Both the position numbers and the translations under genes were made by a program. Positions 23,140-35,573 of a stretch of DNA of 56,290 nucleotides are shown here, in pieces (positions within the stretch are counted from its first letter, which is position 1; every line of letters begins with the position of its first letter). Source of the stretch: Raja brachyura. Lineage: Eukaryota. The stretch lies in contig CAUPSL010000726.1 of NCBI GenBank assembly GCA_963514005.1, positions 1-56,290 on the forward strand. The letters run 5' to 3'. Below the pieces are notes generated by a model. It made no database searches. It saw nothing but the letters and a program-made list of their open reading frames with translations, and was not told the origin of the DNA.

Positions 23140-24475
23140 GAAAAGCTAAAAGAAGATATGTGGTTGCTTTGGCAAGAAAAAGGTGAAAATAAATCCAAAG
23201 GGTTTCTACAGCTATATTAATAGCAAAAGGATAACGATGGATAAAATTGGACCATTGGAGAGCCAGAATGGACAGCTATCATCTCATGTTTGACAAACCT
23301 TCTTGATTTTTTTGAAGAGGTTACTAGGGAAATTAATGAGGGGAAAGCAGTGGATATTGTCTATATGGATTTCAGTAAGGCCTTTGACAAGGTGCCCCAT
23401 GGAAGGTTGGTTAAGAAGGGTCAATCTTTGGGTGTTAATGGCGGAGTAGCAAGATGGATTCAACAGTGGCTGAATGGGAGATGCCCGAGAGTAATGGTGG
23501 ATGGCTGTTTGTCAGGTTGGAAGCCGGTGACGAGTGGGGTGCCTCAGGGATCTGTGTTGGGTCCACTGTTGTTTGTCATGTACATCAATGATCTAGATGA
23601 TGGGGTGGAAAATTGGATAAGTAAGTATGCAGTTGATACTAAGATAGGGGGTGCTGTGGATAATGAAGTAGATTTTCAAAGTCTGCAGAGAGATTTGGGC
23701 CATTTGGAAGAGTGGGCTGAAAGATGGCAGATGGAGTTTAATGCTGATAAGTGTGAGGTGCTACATCTTGGCAGGACAAACCAAAATAGGACGTACATGG
23801 TAAATGGTAGGGAATTGAGGAATGTTGTGGAACAAAGGGATCTAGGAATAACTGTGCATAGTTCCCTGAAGGTGGAATCGCATGTAGATAGGGTGGTAAA
23901 GAAAGCTTTTGGTGTGCTGGCCTTTATAAATCAGAGCATTAAATATAGGAGTAGGGAAATAATGTTAAAATTGTACAAGGCATTGGTAAGACCAATTCTG
24001 GAGGATGGTGTACAATTTTGGTCGCCTAATTATAGGAAGGATGTCAACAAAATAGAGAGAGTACAGAGGAGATTTATTAGAATTTTGCCTGGGTTCCAGC
24101 AACTAAGTTACAGAGAAAGGTTGAACAAGTTAGGTCTTTATTCTTTGGAGCGCAGAAGGTTAAGGGGCGACTTGACTGAGGTCTTTAAAATGATGAAATG
24201 GATAGGCAGTGTTGACGTGGATAAGCTTTTCCCATTGAGGGTAGGAAAGATTCAAACAAGAGAGCATGACATGAGAATTAAGGGACAGAAGTTTAGGGGT
24301 AACATGAAGGGGGACTTCTTTACTCAGAGAGTGGTGGCTGTGTGGAGTGATCTTCCAGCAGAAGTGGTGGAGGCAGGATCGATTTTAACATTTAAAAGTA
24401 AAGTGGATATGTATATGGACGGGAAGGGAATGGAGGGGTATGGTCTGAGTGCAGGTAGATGGGACTAGGGAAAAT
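23140..24475 (+). mobile_element. CR1 LINE fragment with a 392-aa reverse transcriptase/C-terminal ORF (23290-24468)
   Basis: YMDFSKAFDKVPH, SGVPQGSVLGPLLF, SKYAVDTK (YADD mutated to YAVD), FNADKCEVLHLG. Confidence 0.93.
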
Positions 24476-27400
24476 GACTGGTGTACCATGATACCCAGGT
24501 CTCGTTTCATCTCCCCTTTTCCTAATCGGCGACCATTCAGATAAGTCGACTTTTCTGTTTTTTGCCACATTTATCCACATTATACTGCATTTGCCATGCA
24601 TTTGTCCACTCCCTCAGCCAATTCAACTTACCTTGCAGCCTCCCAGCATCCTCCTCACAGCTAACATTGCCCCCCAGCTTCGTATCACCCGCAAACTTGG
24701 ATCATGAAAATTCAAGTCAAATTAAATGGTACATTTACATTACGACGGTCGCTTTCAAACGAACCTATTTTTATCGTCATAATATTATAACAAATTCTTG
24801 TACCATGATAACACATAAAGAAGATCACAAATCACATTTTGAATTCACAAACATAATGTGATTGTGAATAATTGTAGAGCTGCCTATCTTCACCGAGCAT
24901 TTCCGTATTTTGATGGCTCAAAATCAGTGTTTGTTGGGGAAAATCGGTATTTCTCACATAAATGCAATAGAACGTACTACACAGAAACTGGATATTTGAA
25001 AATCAGTATTTTGCATGCAGCCTAATGTATACCCAAATATCAGTATGGAATGCTGAAAATCAGTACTACTGAATTGGGAAACCATTTTTGAAATGTGAAT
25101 ATATAAATCTTGATTTTGATCCAATCATACCTCTATACTAATAAAACTCTGATCTTGGATGCGTGTGTGTGTGTGCGTGTGTGTGCGTGCGTGTGTTCGT
25201 GTGTGTGTGTGTGTGTGTGTGTGTGCAATCACACTGCTCGAAAAAATGAAGCCGGACGATAAACGTTTCACATATTCCTGTGGAGATTTACTTGGTGAAG
25301 TCAAACATCAGCTTACGTAAAACTTTCCAGCTTTCTCTCTTGATTTAATCAAAATGTTCAAAAATGTCAAATATCTTTGTAAATTAAACCGATTTGGCTG
25401 AGGACATATTGATGTCACAATGACGGCGAGTTGCGTTGCGAGTGACGTCACCCCCCCCCCCCCCCCCCCCCCCTCCTCAGGCCGGGAGCGACGTTCGGGA
25501 ACCAGCACTCTCCTGTGACGACGCGTCCCACCCCAAACTCCTCACACTCTACCCCCTCCCTCGCTGTCCCGCCCCCCCCCCCCCACCCTCAACGGGTAGG
25601 GGGCAGCTGCATTTTTCAGCCGGAAGCAACGGATTTTTGCCTTCAGGAACCTGCCCTCACCTCTGACGACGCCCCCCCGACACCTCAAAAACTCTACCCT
25701 CCTCGCTCTCCCCCCCCCCCCGCTCCCTCTCTGGCCCCTCAAGCTCCGCCTCGCCCCCCTCTCTCCCCATCCCTCCCTCTCTGCGCATCTGTGCCGCTGT
25801 GTGTACCTCTCTGTCCCTCTCTGTGCCTCTGTCTCCCTCTTTGTGCATCTGTGTCCCTCTGTAACCACGTGTTCTTCTGTATCCCTCTGTGTCCCTCTCT
25901 GTGCCTCTGTGTCCCTCTCTGTGCCTCTGTTTCCCTCTCTGTGCTTCTATGCCCCTCGCTGAGCCTTTCATTCCCTCTCTGGGCCTCCGTGTCCCTCTCT
26001 GTGCCTCTGTGTCCCTCTCTCTCTTTCCCCCTCCCTCTCTCGCCGTGCCTGCGAGTTGGGGGCTATACGTGAGTGGATATGGCGGGGGATGGGGTAAAAT
26101 GATCTTCCAGCAGAAGTGGTGGAGGCAGGATCGATTTTAACATTTAAAAGTAAAGTGGATATATATATGGACGGGAAGGGAATGGAAGGGTATGGTCTGA
26201 GTGCAGGTAGATGGGACTAGGGAAAATAAATGGTCGGCACGGACTGGAAGTGCCGAGGAGGCCTGTTTCCGTGCTGTAATTGTTGTATGGTTATATGGTT
26301 ATATGGAGTTAGATGGCCCTTGTGGCTAAAGGGATCAGGGGGTATGGAGAGAAGGCACGTACAGTATACTGAGTTGGATGATCAGCCACGATCATATTGA
26401 ATGGCGGTGCAGTCTCAAAGGGCCGAATGGCCTACTCCTGCACCTATTTTCTATTTTCAATGACTGGTGTACCATGATACCCAGGTCTCGTTTCATCTCC
26501 CCTTTTCCTAATCGGCGACCATTCAGATAATAGTCGACTTTTCTGTTTTTTGCCACATTTATCCACATAATACTGCATTTGCCATGCATTTGTCCACTCC
26601 CTCACGCTATCCAACTTACCTTGCAGCCTCCTAGCATCCTCCTCACAGCTAACATTGCCCCCCAGCTTCGTGTCATCCGCAAACTTGGATCATGAAAATT
26701 CAAGTCAAATTAAATGGTACATTCACATTACGACGGTCGCTTTCAAACGAACCTATTTTTATCGTCATAATATTATAACAAATTCTTGTTCTATGATAAC
26801 ACATAAACAAGATCACAAATCACATTTTGAATTCACAAACATAATGTGATTGTGAATAATTGTAGAGCTGCCTATCTTCATCGAGCATTTCCGTATTTTG
26901 ATGGCTCAAAATCAAGTGTTTGTTGGGGAAAATCGGTATTTCTCACATAAATGCAATAGAACGTACTACACAGAAACTGGATATTTGAAAATCAGTATTT
27001 TGCATGCAGCCTAATGTATACCCAAATATCAGTATGGAATGCTGAAAATCAGTACTACTGAATTGGGAAACCATTTTTGAAATGTGAATATATAAATCTT
27101 GATTTTGATCCAATCATACCTCTATACTAATAAAACTCTGATCTTGGATGCGTGTGTGTGTGTGTGTGCGTGTGTGTGCGTGCGTGTGTGTGTGTGTGTG
27201 TAATCACACTGCTCGAAAAAATGAAGCCCGGACGATAAACGTTTCACATATTCCTGTGGAGATTTACTTGGTGAAGTCAAACATCAGCTTACGTAAAACT
27301 TTCCAGCTTTCTCTCTTGATTTAATCAAAATGTTCAAAAATGTCAAATATCTTTGTAAATTAAACCGATTTGGCTGAGGACATATTGATGTCACAATGGC

Positions 27401-27993
27401 GGCGAGTTGCGTTGCGAGTGACGTCACCCCCCCTCCCCCCCTCCTCAGGCCGGGAGCGACGTTCGGGAACCAGTACTCTCCTGTGACGACGCGCCCCACC
27501 CCAAACTCCTCAAACTCTACCCCCTCCCTCGCTGTCCCGCCCCCCCCCCCCCCCCCACCCTCAACGGGTAGGGGACAGCTGCATTTTTCAGCCGGGAGCA
27601 AAGGATTTTTGCCTTCAGGAACCTGCCCTCACCTCTGACGACGCCCCCCCGACACCTCAAAAACTCTACCCTCCTCGCTCTCCCCCCCCCCCCCGCTCCC
27701 TCTCTGTCCCCTCACGCTCCGCCTCGCCCCCCTCTCTCCCCATCCCTCCCTCTCTGCGCATCTGTGCCGCTGTGTGTACCTCTCTGTCCCTCTCTGTGCC
27801 TCTGTCTCCCTCTTTGTGCATCTGTGTCCCTCTGTAACCACGTGTTCTTCTGTATCCATCTGTGTCCCTCTCTGGGCCTCCGTGTCCCTCTCTGTGCCTC
27901 TGTGTCCCTCTCTCTCTTTCCCCCTCCCTCTCTCGCCGTGCCTGCGAGTTGGGGGCCATACGTGAGTGGATATAGCGGGGGATGGGGTAAAAT
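24349..27993. repeat. Local tandem duplication (24349-26100 / 26101-27993) of CR1 end + DNA-transposon-like piece + Helitron A
   Basis: GATCTTCCAGCAGAAGTGGTGGAGGC at 24349 and 26101; near-identical downstream sequence. Confidence 0.85.
25132..26100 (+). mobile_element. Non-autonomous Helitron A, 3'-truncated by the local duplication
   Basis: 5' TCTATACTAATAAAACTCTG plus (GT)n; homologous to 8794-9780. Confidence 0.78.
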
Positions 27994-28093
27994 GAGTGCG
28001 GGGTTGGTTAATGTGTGTGACGCCACAGGCTACCCCCTCCCCCCACAACCGCCCTTTGAGGGGATGGGACCCAACTGGTCCCACTTGGTCTAA
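27121..28093 (+). mobile_element. Non-autonomous Helitron A, complete
   Basis: 5' TCTATACTAATAAAA; 3' hairpin GGGACCCAACTGGTCCC, then CTAA. Confidence 0.82.
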
Positions 28094-29059
28094 TCATATA
28101 TATATTAAAACTCTGTGGCCGACTGCCGCCAACCGTCTGCCGCGTCTCCGCCCTTTGATGTCGCGCTCCGCCGAAACAGGACCCTCGGACGCCGCCGTTT
28201 TTCCCACCGGCCCGGACGTTACGCTCGCGCTTTTCCGACGGCGCTCCCCGTCACGTTTGGACGTCGTTACCTACACCGTTTTTAATAAAATCCGCCCCCC
28301 CCCCCCTCTTTTCGAAAATCGAACTGCTCTCACCCATAGAATTTTGGTAAATATTCCATCGTGCCATGTCATAATGCCCAAGACTCACAGATGGCCAATC
28401 GGAACGGATCTTATTTACATCTGCCACAGCCCCAGCCCCCCCCCCCTCCCCCTCCTGATGTTCCAGCACGGTCCCATTGTGTGATGTCGCAATGCCATCC
28501 CTCACAAATGGCCAATCGGAATGAATGTAATTTACATCTGCCTTGGCCCCTGCCCCAGCAGCCTGTGTGGAATGGCGTGATCACGTGTGTGGGAATAGAG
28601 AAAGAGGATTGGGGGTGATCGGGAGTGGGGAATAGATGGACTGCCCCTACCCTGCCCCCTCCCTCTCTACCACCCCACTCTTCCCCCTCCCTCCCCTACC
28701 CCATCTCCCTCCTCCCCATCCCTCCCCCTACCTCTCTCACCCTTCCCCATCCCTCTCTCCTCCCCCACCCCTCCCCCCTCCTCCTCCCATCCCATCCCTC
28801 CTTCCCTCTCTCCCCCATCCCCCTTCCCTCTCTCCCCCATCCCCCTTCCCTGTTTCCCCCTACCCCTCTTCCCCCCCCCCCCTCCCTCCTCTTCCACTTC
28901 TCTCCCCGTTCCCCGCTTAGTGTGTGTAACTTTGGGGGCGGGAACGCTTAGTGTGTGTGACGACACATGCCCCTCCCGCCGAACTACAAAGGAGGGTTAC
29001 ACAAAAAGCTGGAGAAACTCAGCGGGTGCAGCAGCATCTAAGGAGCGAAGGAGATAGGC

Positions 29060-29087
29060 GACGTTTCGGGTCGAGACCCTTCTTCAG
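29060..29087 (-). ncRNA. Minimal hammerhead ribozyme-like motif in a Penelope-derived palindromic repeat (~28995-29160)
   Basis: Reverse complement reads CTGAAGA-A-GGGTCTCGACCC-GAAAC-GTC. Confidence 0.55.
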
Positions 29088-29439
29088 ACTGAACCCGCTG
29101 AGTTTCTCCAGCTTTTTGTGTAACCTTCGATTCTGCAGCATCTGCAGTTCCGTCTTTAGAACTTACAAAGGGCCCGCTGTGTGTGACGACACGCGCTCCT
29201 CCCCCCCAACAGCTTTGGTGCGTGAGACGCGCAGCATCTGAACGCTCAGCTGTTTTTCCAATTATTCACCAACCGTCATTCTGACTTGGTTTGTGAAGAA
29301 CAAAGTCTGGATTTTCATTTGTCTCCAGATAAGAATCTGTTTCCATAGATAATTGTCATAGACAGCTGATTTTAATTTTTCTGTCGTTTGTTTGGCAGTA
29401 GGACATCTTTTTGAGACAATTTATCTTCCTGTCTCCATT

Positions 29440-30380
29440 TAGTTTATAATTCTTAAAGAGTGCATTTCATTTAAAATATTATTTTTTTAACATTAAAATA
29501 TTATTGAATTTCATTCTTAATTTCTTTATTTGTTTTTAATTGAATTGAATTGTTTCTCATTTAACTTCGCGTTATAAATATTAAAGAGTGCATTTCATTT
29601 AAAAGATTGTTTTTTAAATAAATCGTGATGAGTGCATTTCATTTAAAATATTAGTTTTTTACATTAACATTTGATAGAATTTCATTGTTAATTTCTTTAT
29701 TTTTATTGCATTGAATTGTATTGTTTCTCATTTAACTTTGGGTTATAAATCTTAAAGAGTGCATTTCATTTAAAAGATTTTTTTTTCATTAACATTTGAT
29801 TGAATTTCATTGGTAATTTCTTTATTTTTATTGCATTGAATTGAATTATTTCTCACCTAACATCACTAATTTTTAACTAACTTTTATTTTCAAAGACCGT
29901 TTTTTAAAAATAAAGTTGCTGTCTTTTAATTGACCGCTTAGATTCAAATTCATTGTTTTTTTAACTTTGTCGACGTTGAGTGTTTTTTTGCATTTTTAAA
30001 AGAGTTTAAAGAGTGCATTTCATTTAAAAGGTTAATTTTTTACATTAAAATTTGATTGAATTTCATTGTTAATTTCTTTATTTTTATTGCATTGAATGTA
30101 ATTCTTTTTCATTTAACTTCTCATTATGAATCTTAAATAGTGCATTTCATATAAAATATTATTTTTTGACATTAATATTTGATTGAATTTAGTTGTTAAT
30201 TTCTTTATTTTTATTGAATTGAATTTAATTATTTTCATTTAACTTCTCATTATAAATCTTAAATAGTGCATTTCATATGAAAGATTAATTGTTTTACAGT
30301 AACATTTCATTGAATTTCATTGTTAATTTCTTTTTTTTTATTGCATTGAATTTAATTCTTTCTCATTTAACTTTGCAATT
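29440..30380. repeat. AT-rich ~127-bp minisatellite (about 7 degenerate units) in the Helitron 5' region
   Basis: (G/T)AGTGCATTTCAT recurs near 29458, 29586, 29630, 29757, 30011, 30138 and 30264, mostly 126-128 bp apart. Confidence 0.85.
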
Positions 30381-30751
30381 TTAAAAGTTTGCGGTTATTT
30401 TAAGGATTCGCAGTTCATTTGAAAAGGCTAAATATTTAACAAATCGACAACAGATTAAAAAAAACATTTCATTGTGATTGATTTCATACTACAGGAAGGG
30501 CTCTGAAATTACTACAAGAAATTGATCTGTTTTCATTGACAACTGAGATTTAAAATCAATTTCTTTGTGATTGATTGCATTTGATCTGAAAGATTTCATT
30601 TTGAATAAATTAATCAGTCTTCATTGATAATACATTTATCTGTCTTCATTGATAATTGAGAGTGTGTTTGGGCTTTTTTTCAATCAGAAAGATTCAATTT
30701 TGAATAAATTAATCCTCTTTTCATTAACAACTGAGATTGTGTTTTCAAATC

Positions 30752-33700
30752 ATGTCAATGAGGAAAAGAAATAGAAGACGGTCATGTGATGATAAAATGA
30801 GACATCGAGAAGTAATGAGGAGGAGAAAAGAACAACAGATGCAGCAAGAAAGAACACAACATCTCCGAGATAATCCTGAGAGAAACCAGGAGAGAAGGGC
30901 ACAAGAAACACAGCCTGAAACATCTCAGTGTCTCCTTAGATAGTCGGGGGAGACAGCAGGAGAGAAGTGCACATGAGTCGAACCAGGAGAGAAGGGCACA
31001 AGAGACACAGTCTGAAACATCTAACTGTCTCCGATACAGTCAGGGGCCACAGCGGGAGAGAAGTGCACATGAGATGCAGCAAAAAACAACTCAACGTCTC
31101 ACAGTTAAACGAGTGAGAGAGCGGGAGAGATTGGCTGAGGAGATGCATCAAGAAAGAACTCAAGGTCTGAGAGATAAACGAGAGAGTGAATGCAAGAGAA
31201 AGGCTGAAGAGAAGCAGCAAAAAAGAACTCAATGTCTCAGAGATAAACAAGTGAGGGAGGAGGAGAGAAGGGCTCAAGAGAATCAGCAAGAAACAACTCA
31301 ACGTCTCAGAGATAAACAAGTGAGGGAGGAGGAGAGAAGGGCTCAAGAGAATCAGCAAGAAACAACTCAACGTCTCAGAAGTAAACGAGAGAGGGAGCAG
31401 GAGAGAAGGACTCGAGAGATGCAACAAGAAACAACTCAACATCTTGAGGAACATCAAGAAAGAAATGAGAAGGGATGCAGAGATGGGAGATGAAAGAACT
31501 AGAACGCTGGATGAACAGCGAAACAGAGATACAAGACAACGAAATGCACGCCTTACAAGGAGAAATCTTTCTGCTGATGTTGGTCAAATGACCAATGTTT
31601 GCCTTCATTGTCGAGCTTACCGCTTCTCAGGAGTAACGACCAACTTTTGCTGCATGAAGGGTAAGGTCAACATTGCTCCTCTGAAAACACTCCAGAATGC
31701 ACTCATTAATTTGTATACAGGTGACACACCACAAGCACATGAGTTCAGAAAGAATATTAGACAATACAATTGCCTCTTTCAATTCACGTCATTTGGTGCC
31801 AAGGAAGTGTTGGCACATGGATGGAATCCTTCAGGGACCATTCAAGGCCAGATTCATCATTTAATTGGTTCGTTGATGCCGGACTTATATCAACAAAGTA
31901 AATTCTTACAAATCTATTTCATGGACCCGCAAGATAGCATTGAGATGCGAATGAGTATACTCCAAGATGCTGGTATTCAAAGGGACATTGTTGAAATGCT
32001 TGAAAACATGATAAGACTAAACAACCCTTACATTCATTCACTTGTGATGGAGAGAATTAGAGATTTACCGGAGGCATCAATCGTTATTGATCCCAATTAT
32101 CGGCCACCTTTACAACATGAACGGAGGTTTAACGCACAAACTGCAAATGAAGTTGCCGTCCTCATAGCAAACAGTAATGATCCTGCGGCAACATCACGTC
32201 ACATTGTCTTGAGAAGAAGAGGAAGAGGAGGAGCAGAAGGAGGTCTGCGAATCATTTCAGAGTCCCATCGGTCTCATGACAGTTTTCAATACATCCTTTT
32301 CTTTCCATTTGGTGATGACGGATGGCATTCACAACTCCAAATGAGTAACGAAAGGAAATTGACACTAATGCGATATTATGCACATAGGATCATGAATCGT
32401 GACAATGAATTCAACCAGCTTTTGAGAGGAGGACGACTCTTCCAACAATATCGTGTTGATATGGCGGCTAAAATGGAAAGTGATGGACTCAATTATATTC
32501 GCATGAATCAGGTATCATTGAGGTCAACGACGTACAAAGGACTGACGGATGCATTACATGATAAACATGACTTGGAAAATGTCGGAAGGCGCATCATTCT
32601 CTCTTCAACATTTGTCGGTGGTCCCAGATATATGATGGAACGATGCCAGGACGCCATGATGTATGTTCGGAAGTATGGTACTGCTGCATTCTTCATTACG
32701 ATGACCTGCAATCCAAATTGGAGCGAGATCCGACAGTGCCCCTTTCCAAATCAGCAGCCGTGTGATCGACTGGAATTAGTAGCAATAGTATTCGAGCTGA
32801 AAAGAAAAATATTCATTAAGACTGTCACTGGAACAGATGGCTTCTTTGGAAACTGTATCGCTTTCATCCTGACTGTGGAATATCAGAAGAGAGGCTTGCC
32901 TCATTTCCATTGTCTGCTTTGGCTTGATGGAGCGAGTAAGCCAAGACCTCAACATTATGAAAGATTTGTGCAAGCTGAAGTTCCAGACCCGCAAGCCGAT
33001 CCAGAGCTGCATAAATTGGTACTCAAGCACATGATCCATGGACCGTTCTGCAAGGACACCTCTCCATGTTGGAAGGAAGGAAGATGCACCAAGAGATTCC
33101 CAAAGCCATTTGTGGAAAGTACAATGTGTGGAGATGATGCGTATCCTCTGTGCAGGAGAAGATCTCCAGCCATGGGAGGGTTTCAGGGACATCAAGAAGG
33201 ACGTCCGTTACAGACTATTACTTCCAATTGGGTTGTGCCCTCTAATGCCGATCTATTGAAGGCTTTCAAATGTCACCTCAACGTCGAAATATGCTGCTCT
33301 GTACAGTCAATACGTCATCAAGTACACCTTGAAGGGATTTGATCAGGCAGCTTTTGGAATTAACGTAAATGACGAGATTAAACTGTACCAGAATGGAAGA
33401 TACATTGGTCCTTCGGAGACAGGGGCATCAGTTCTTGGATTTCGTACTCATGAGAGACACCCACCTGTCATTCGACTTGATATACACCTGCCAAACCAAC
33501 AACAAGTATTTTTTGATGCTGCTCAGCAAGGGATGAACGATGGAATGGGGAGAACCACTTTGACAGAATTTGTGCGATTGAGTTCTGAAGATCCGTTTGC
33601 AAGAACACTATTGTACGTTGATGTACCTCGATTTTATACATGGAGCAGCAGGAGATGGCAAAGACAGAAGGTTGGGAAGAGAGTGGATAACTTCCCAGGT

Positions 33701-35428
33701 ATTTTTGAAGTCAACGTTCTTGGACGAATATATGTCATTTCTCCAAAACACGGTGACCTCTTCTACATGAGACTGCTTCTGCATCACGTGGAAGGGCCAG
33801 CGTCTTTCGAGTCTTTGATGACACATATTCGAATAATTCTTCCTTCCTTCAAAGATGTCTGCAGAGAAAGTGGTTTGTTGGAAGCTGACGACCATTGGCA
33901 ACAAACAATGGAAGATGCTGAGACGACAAAACTCCCCAGTGCGATGAGGGACTTGTTCGTTGTTCTGCTGACAAATACTGACATCAACGATCCTCTACAA
34001 TTATGGAATCGCTTCAAGAATTCCATGTCTGAGGATTACCTTGAAAGCGAGCGAAGAAGAAAAAGCGATCGAAATATCACAACTGATGAGAGACATCATG
34101 GTCAGGCTCTGTTTTATATTCAGGACCGGCTTCAGAATTGCAACACCACACTGGAAATATTTTCATTGCCTCGACCAAGAAATGAAAGGATGGACATTGA
34201 TGGTGAAAATGTTGATTTACTTAATGAATTGAATTACAATAGATCAGAACAACAGCGATTTGTTGATGAGAATGAGCCTCTGCTGAATGCTGAGCAGAGA
34301 GAAGTTTATGACCATGTGTGTGACTGCTTGCAAAGGGATCTATCTTCAATGATTTTCATTGACTCACCAGGAGGAACAGGAAAGACATTTATCATAAATA
34401 TGATCCTCTCCACGGTCAGAGCTCAAGGTCAAATTGCCATTGCTGTAGCATCGTCTGGTATCGCAGCCACATTATTGCCTGGTGGAAGAACTGCACATTC
34501 TCACTTCAAGATACCTATCCATGTGACGGAGGATTCAACGTGCAACATCAACAGCGACTCTAAAACGGGAGATTTCTTCAGGAGAGTGAAGCTCATTGTT
34601 TGGGATGAATGCCCATTGATTAGGAGGGAGTGCGTTGAAGCGGTGGACAGAACTCTTCAAGATGTATGTCGCAAAAAGGATCATTTTGGCGGGATTCTTA
34701 CCACTTGTTGTGGTGATTTTAGACAACTCCTTCCTGTAGTGAAGATGGGAAGTGATATTGATGTTCAAAACTCCTGCATCAAGACATCGTACTTGTAGCA
34801 AACTTTCACAGAGTTTGAATTGAAGAGGGATATGCGATTGACCGAAAGAGAGGGTGAGTATTCTCAATTTTTGTTGGATGTCGGAGAGGACAAGATTGAA
34901 AAGAATGAAGACAATGAAATTAACATTCCAGAAGACATGGTTCTTTCAGGAAGAACACTGGATGACTGCATTGATTATATCTATCCAGCATTTGACCACC
35001 CTGCAATTTTATTCTCTAAGAATTGTATCCTGGTTCCTCACAATGATACGATGAGAAGAATCAATTCAACGTGTGTCAGACGCTTCCCTGGAACCATGAG
35101 GGAGTACTATTCTTTCAATACTGTCGCTGACGGAACAAATTCAACTCACTTCCCAACGGAATTCCTCGATTCAGTGGAGATCTGTGGATTACCACCACAC
35201 AAATTGGAGTTGAAGAAAGGATCTCCAATTGTTTTAATCAGAAACATGCAACCCCCAAAGCTTTGCAATGGAACGAGGTTAATTGTAGAACAGCTACACA
35301 ATAATCCCATTGTTGCTAGAATCAACATGGGGGCCTACAAAGAAGAGATTGTTCTCATTCCTAGGATGAAGATAAATTTGTCAGAAGATGAAAACATTCC
35401 CATTAGGCGGAGCCAATTCCCTATTCAG
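30752..35428 (+). pseudogene. Helitron RepHel (HUH Rep endonuclease + Pif1-family SF1 helicase), disrupted
   Basis: CLHC...CC zinc finger and FRKNIRQYN. Rep motifs FITMTCNPNW, VEYQKRGLPHFH and YVIKY (after a frameshift near 33310). Helicase motifs SPGGTGKT, ASSGIAATLLPGGRTAHS, WDECP, GDFRQLLPV, LCNGTRL. In-frame TAG at 34796, frameshift near 31444, motifs V-VI missing. Confidence 0.93.
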
Positions 35429-35429
35429 T

Positions 35430-35573
35430 CGAGTTCCCGGTGGTTCTCGGAGTTTTTTGTCAGTCTCCCTAATGGTCGAAACTGACAAAAACCTCCGGAA
35501 ACGGCACGGCAACCTTGGGTGGGGCACAAAGTCTCCAGAGGTTTCCGTTCAGGTTTCCTAAGTGGGACAGGAA
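35430..35573. mobile_element. PIF/Harbinger-like MITE fragment at the Helitron truncation point
   Basis: End TTTCCTAAGTGGGACAGG (reverse complement CCTGTCCCACTTAGG) and an internal inverted repeat. Confidence 0.45.

Larger units (their letters stand above)
28094..35428 (+). mobile_element. Autonomous-type Helitron, decayed and 3'-truncated
   Basis: 5' TCATATATATATTAAAACTCTG directly after the CTAA end of Helitron A; encodes RepHel. Confidence 0.88.

Noticed and set aside
23290-24468. 392-aa ORF as a domesticated host gene
   Set aside because: Ordinary CR1 RT fragment, 5'-truncated, catalytic YADD mutated and private to unit 2
33329-35485. Host PIF1 helicase gene
   Set aside because: Intronless, fused to an HUH Rep domain, disrupted and inside Helitron structure
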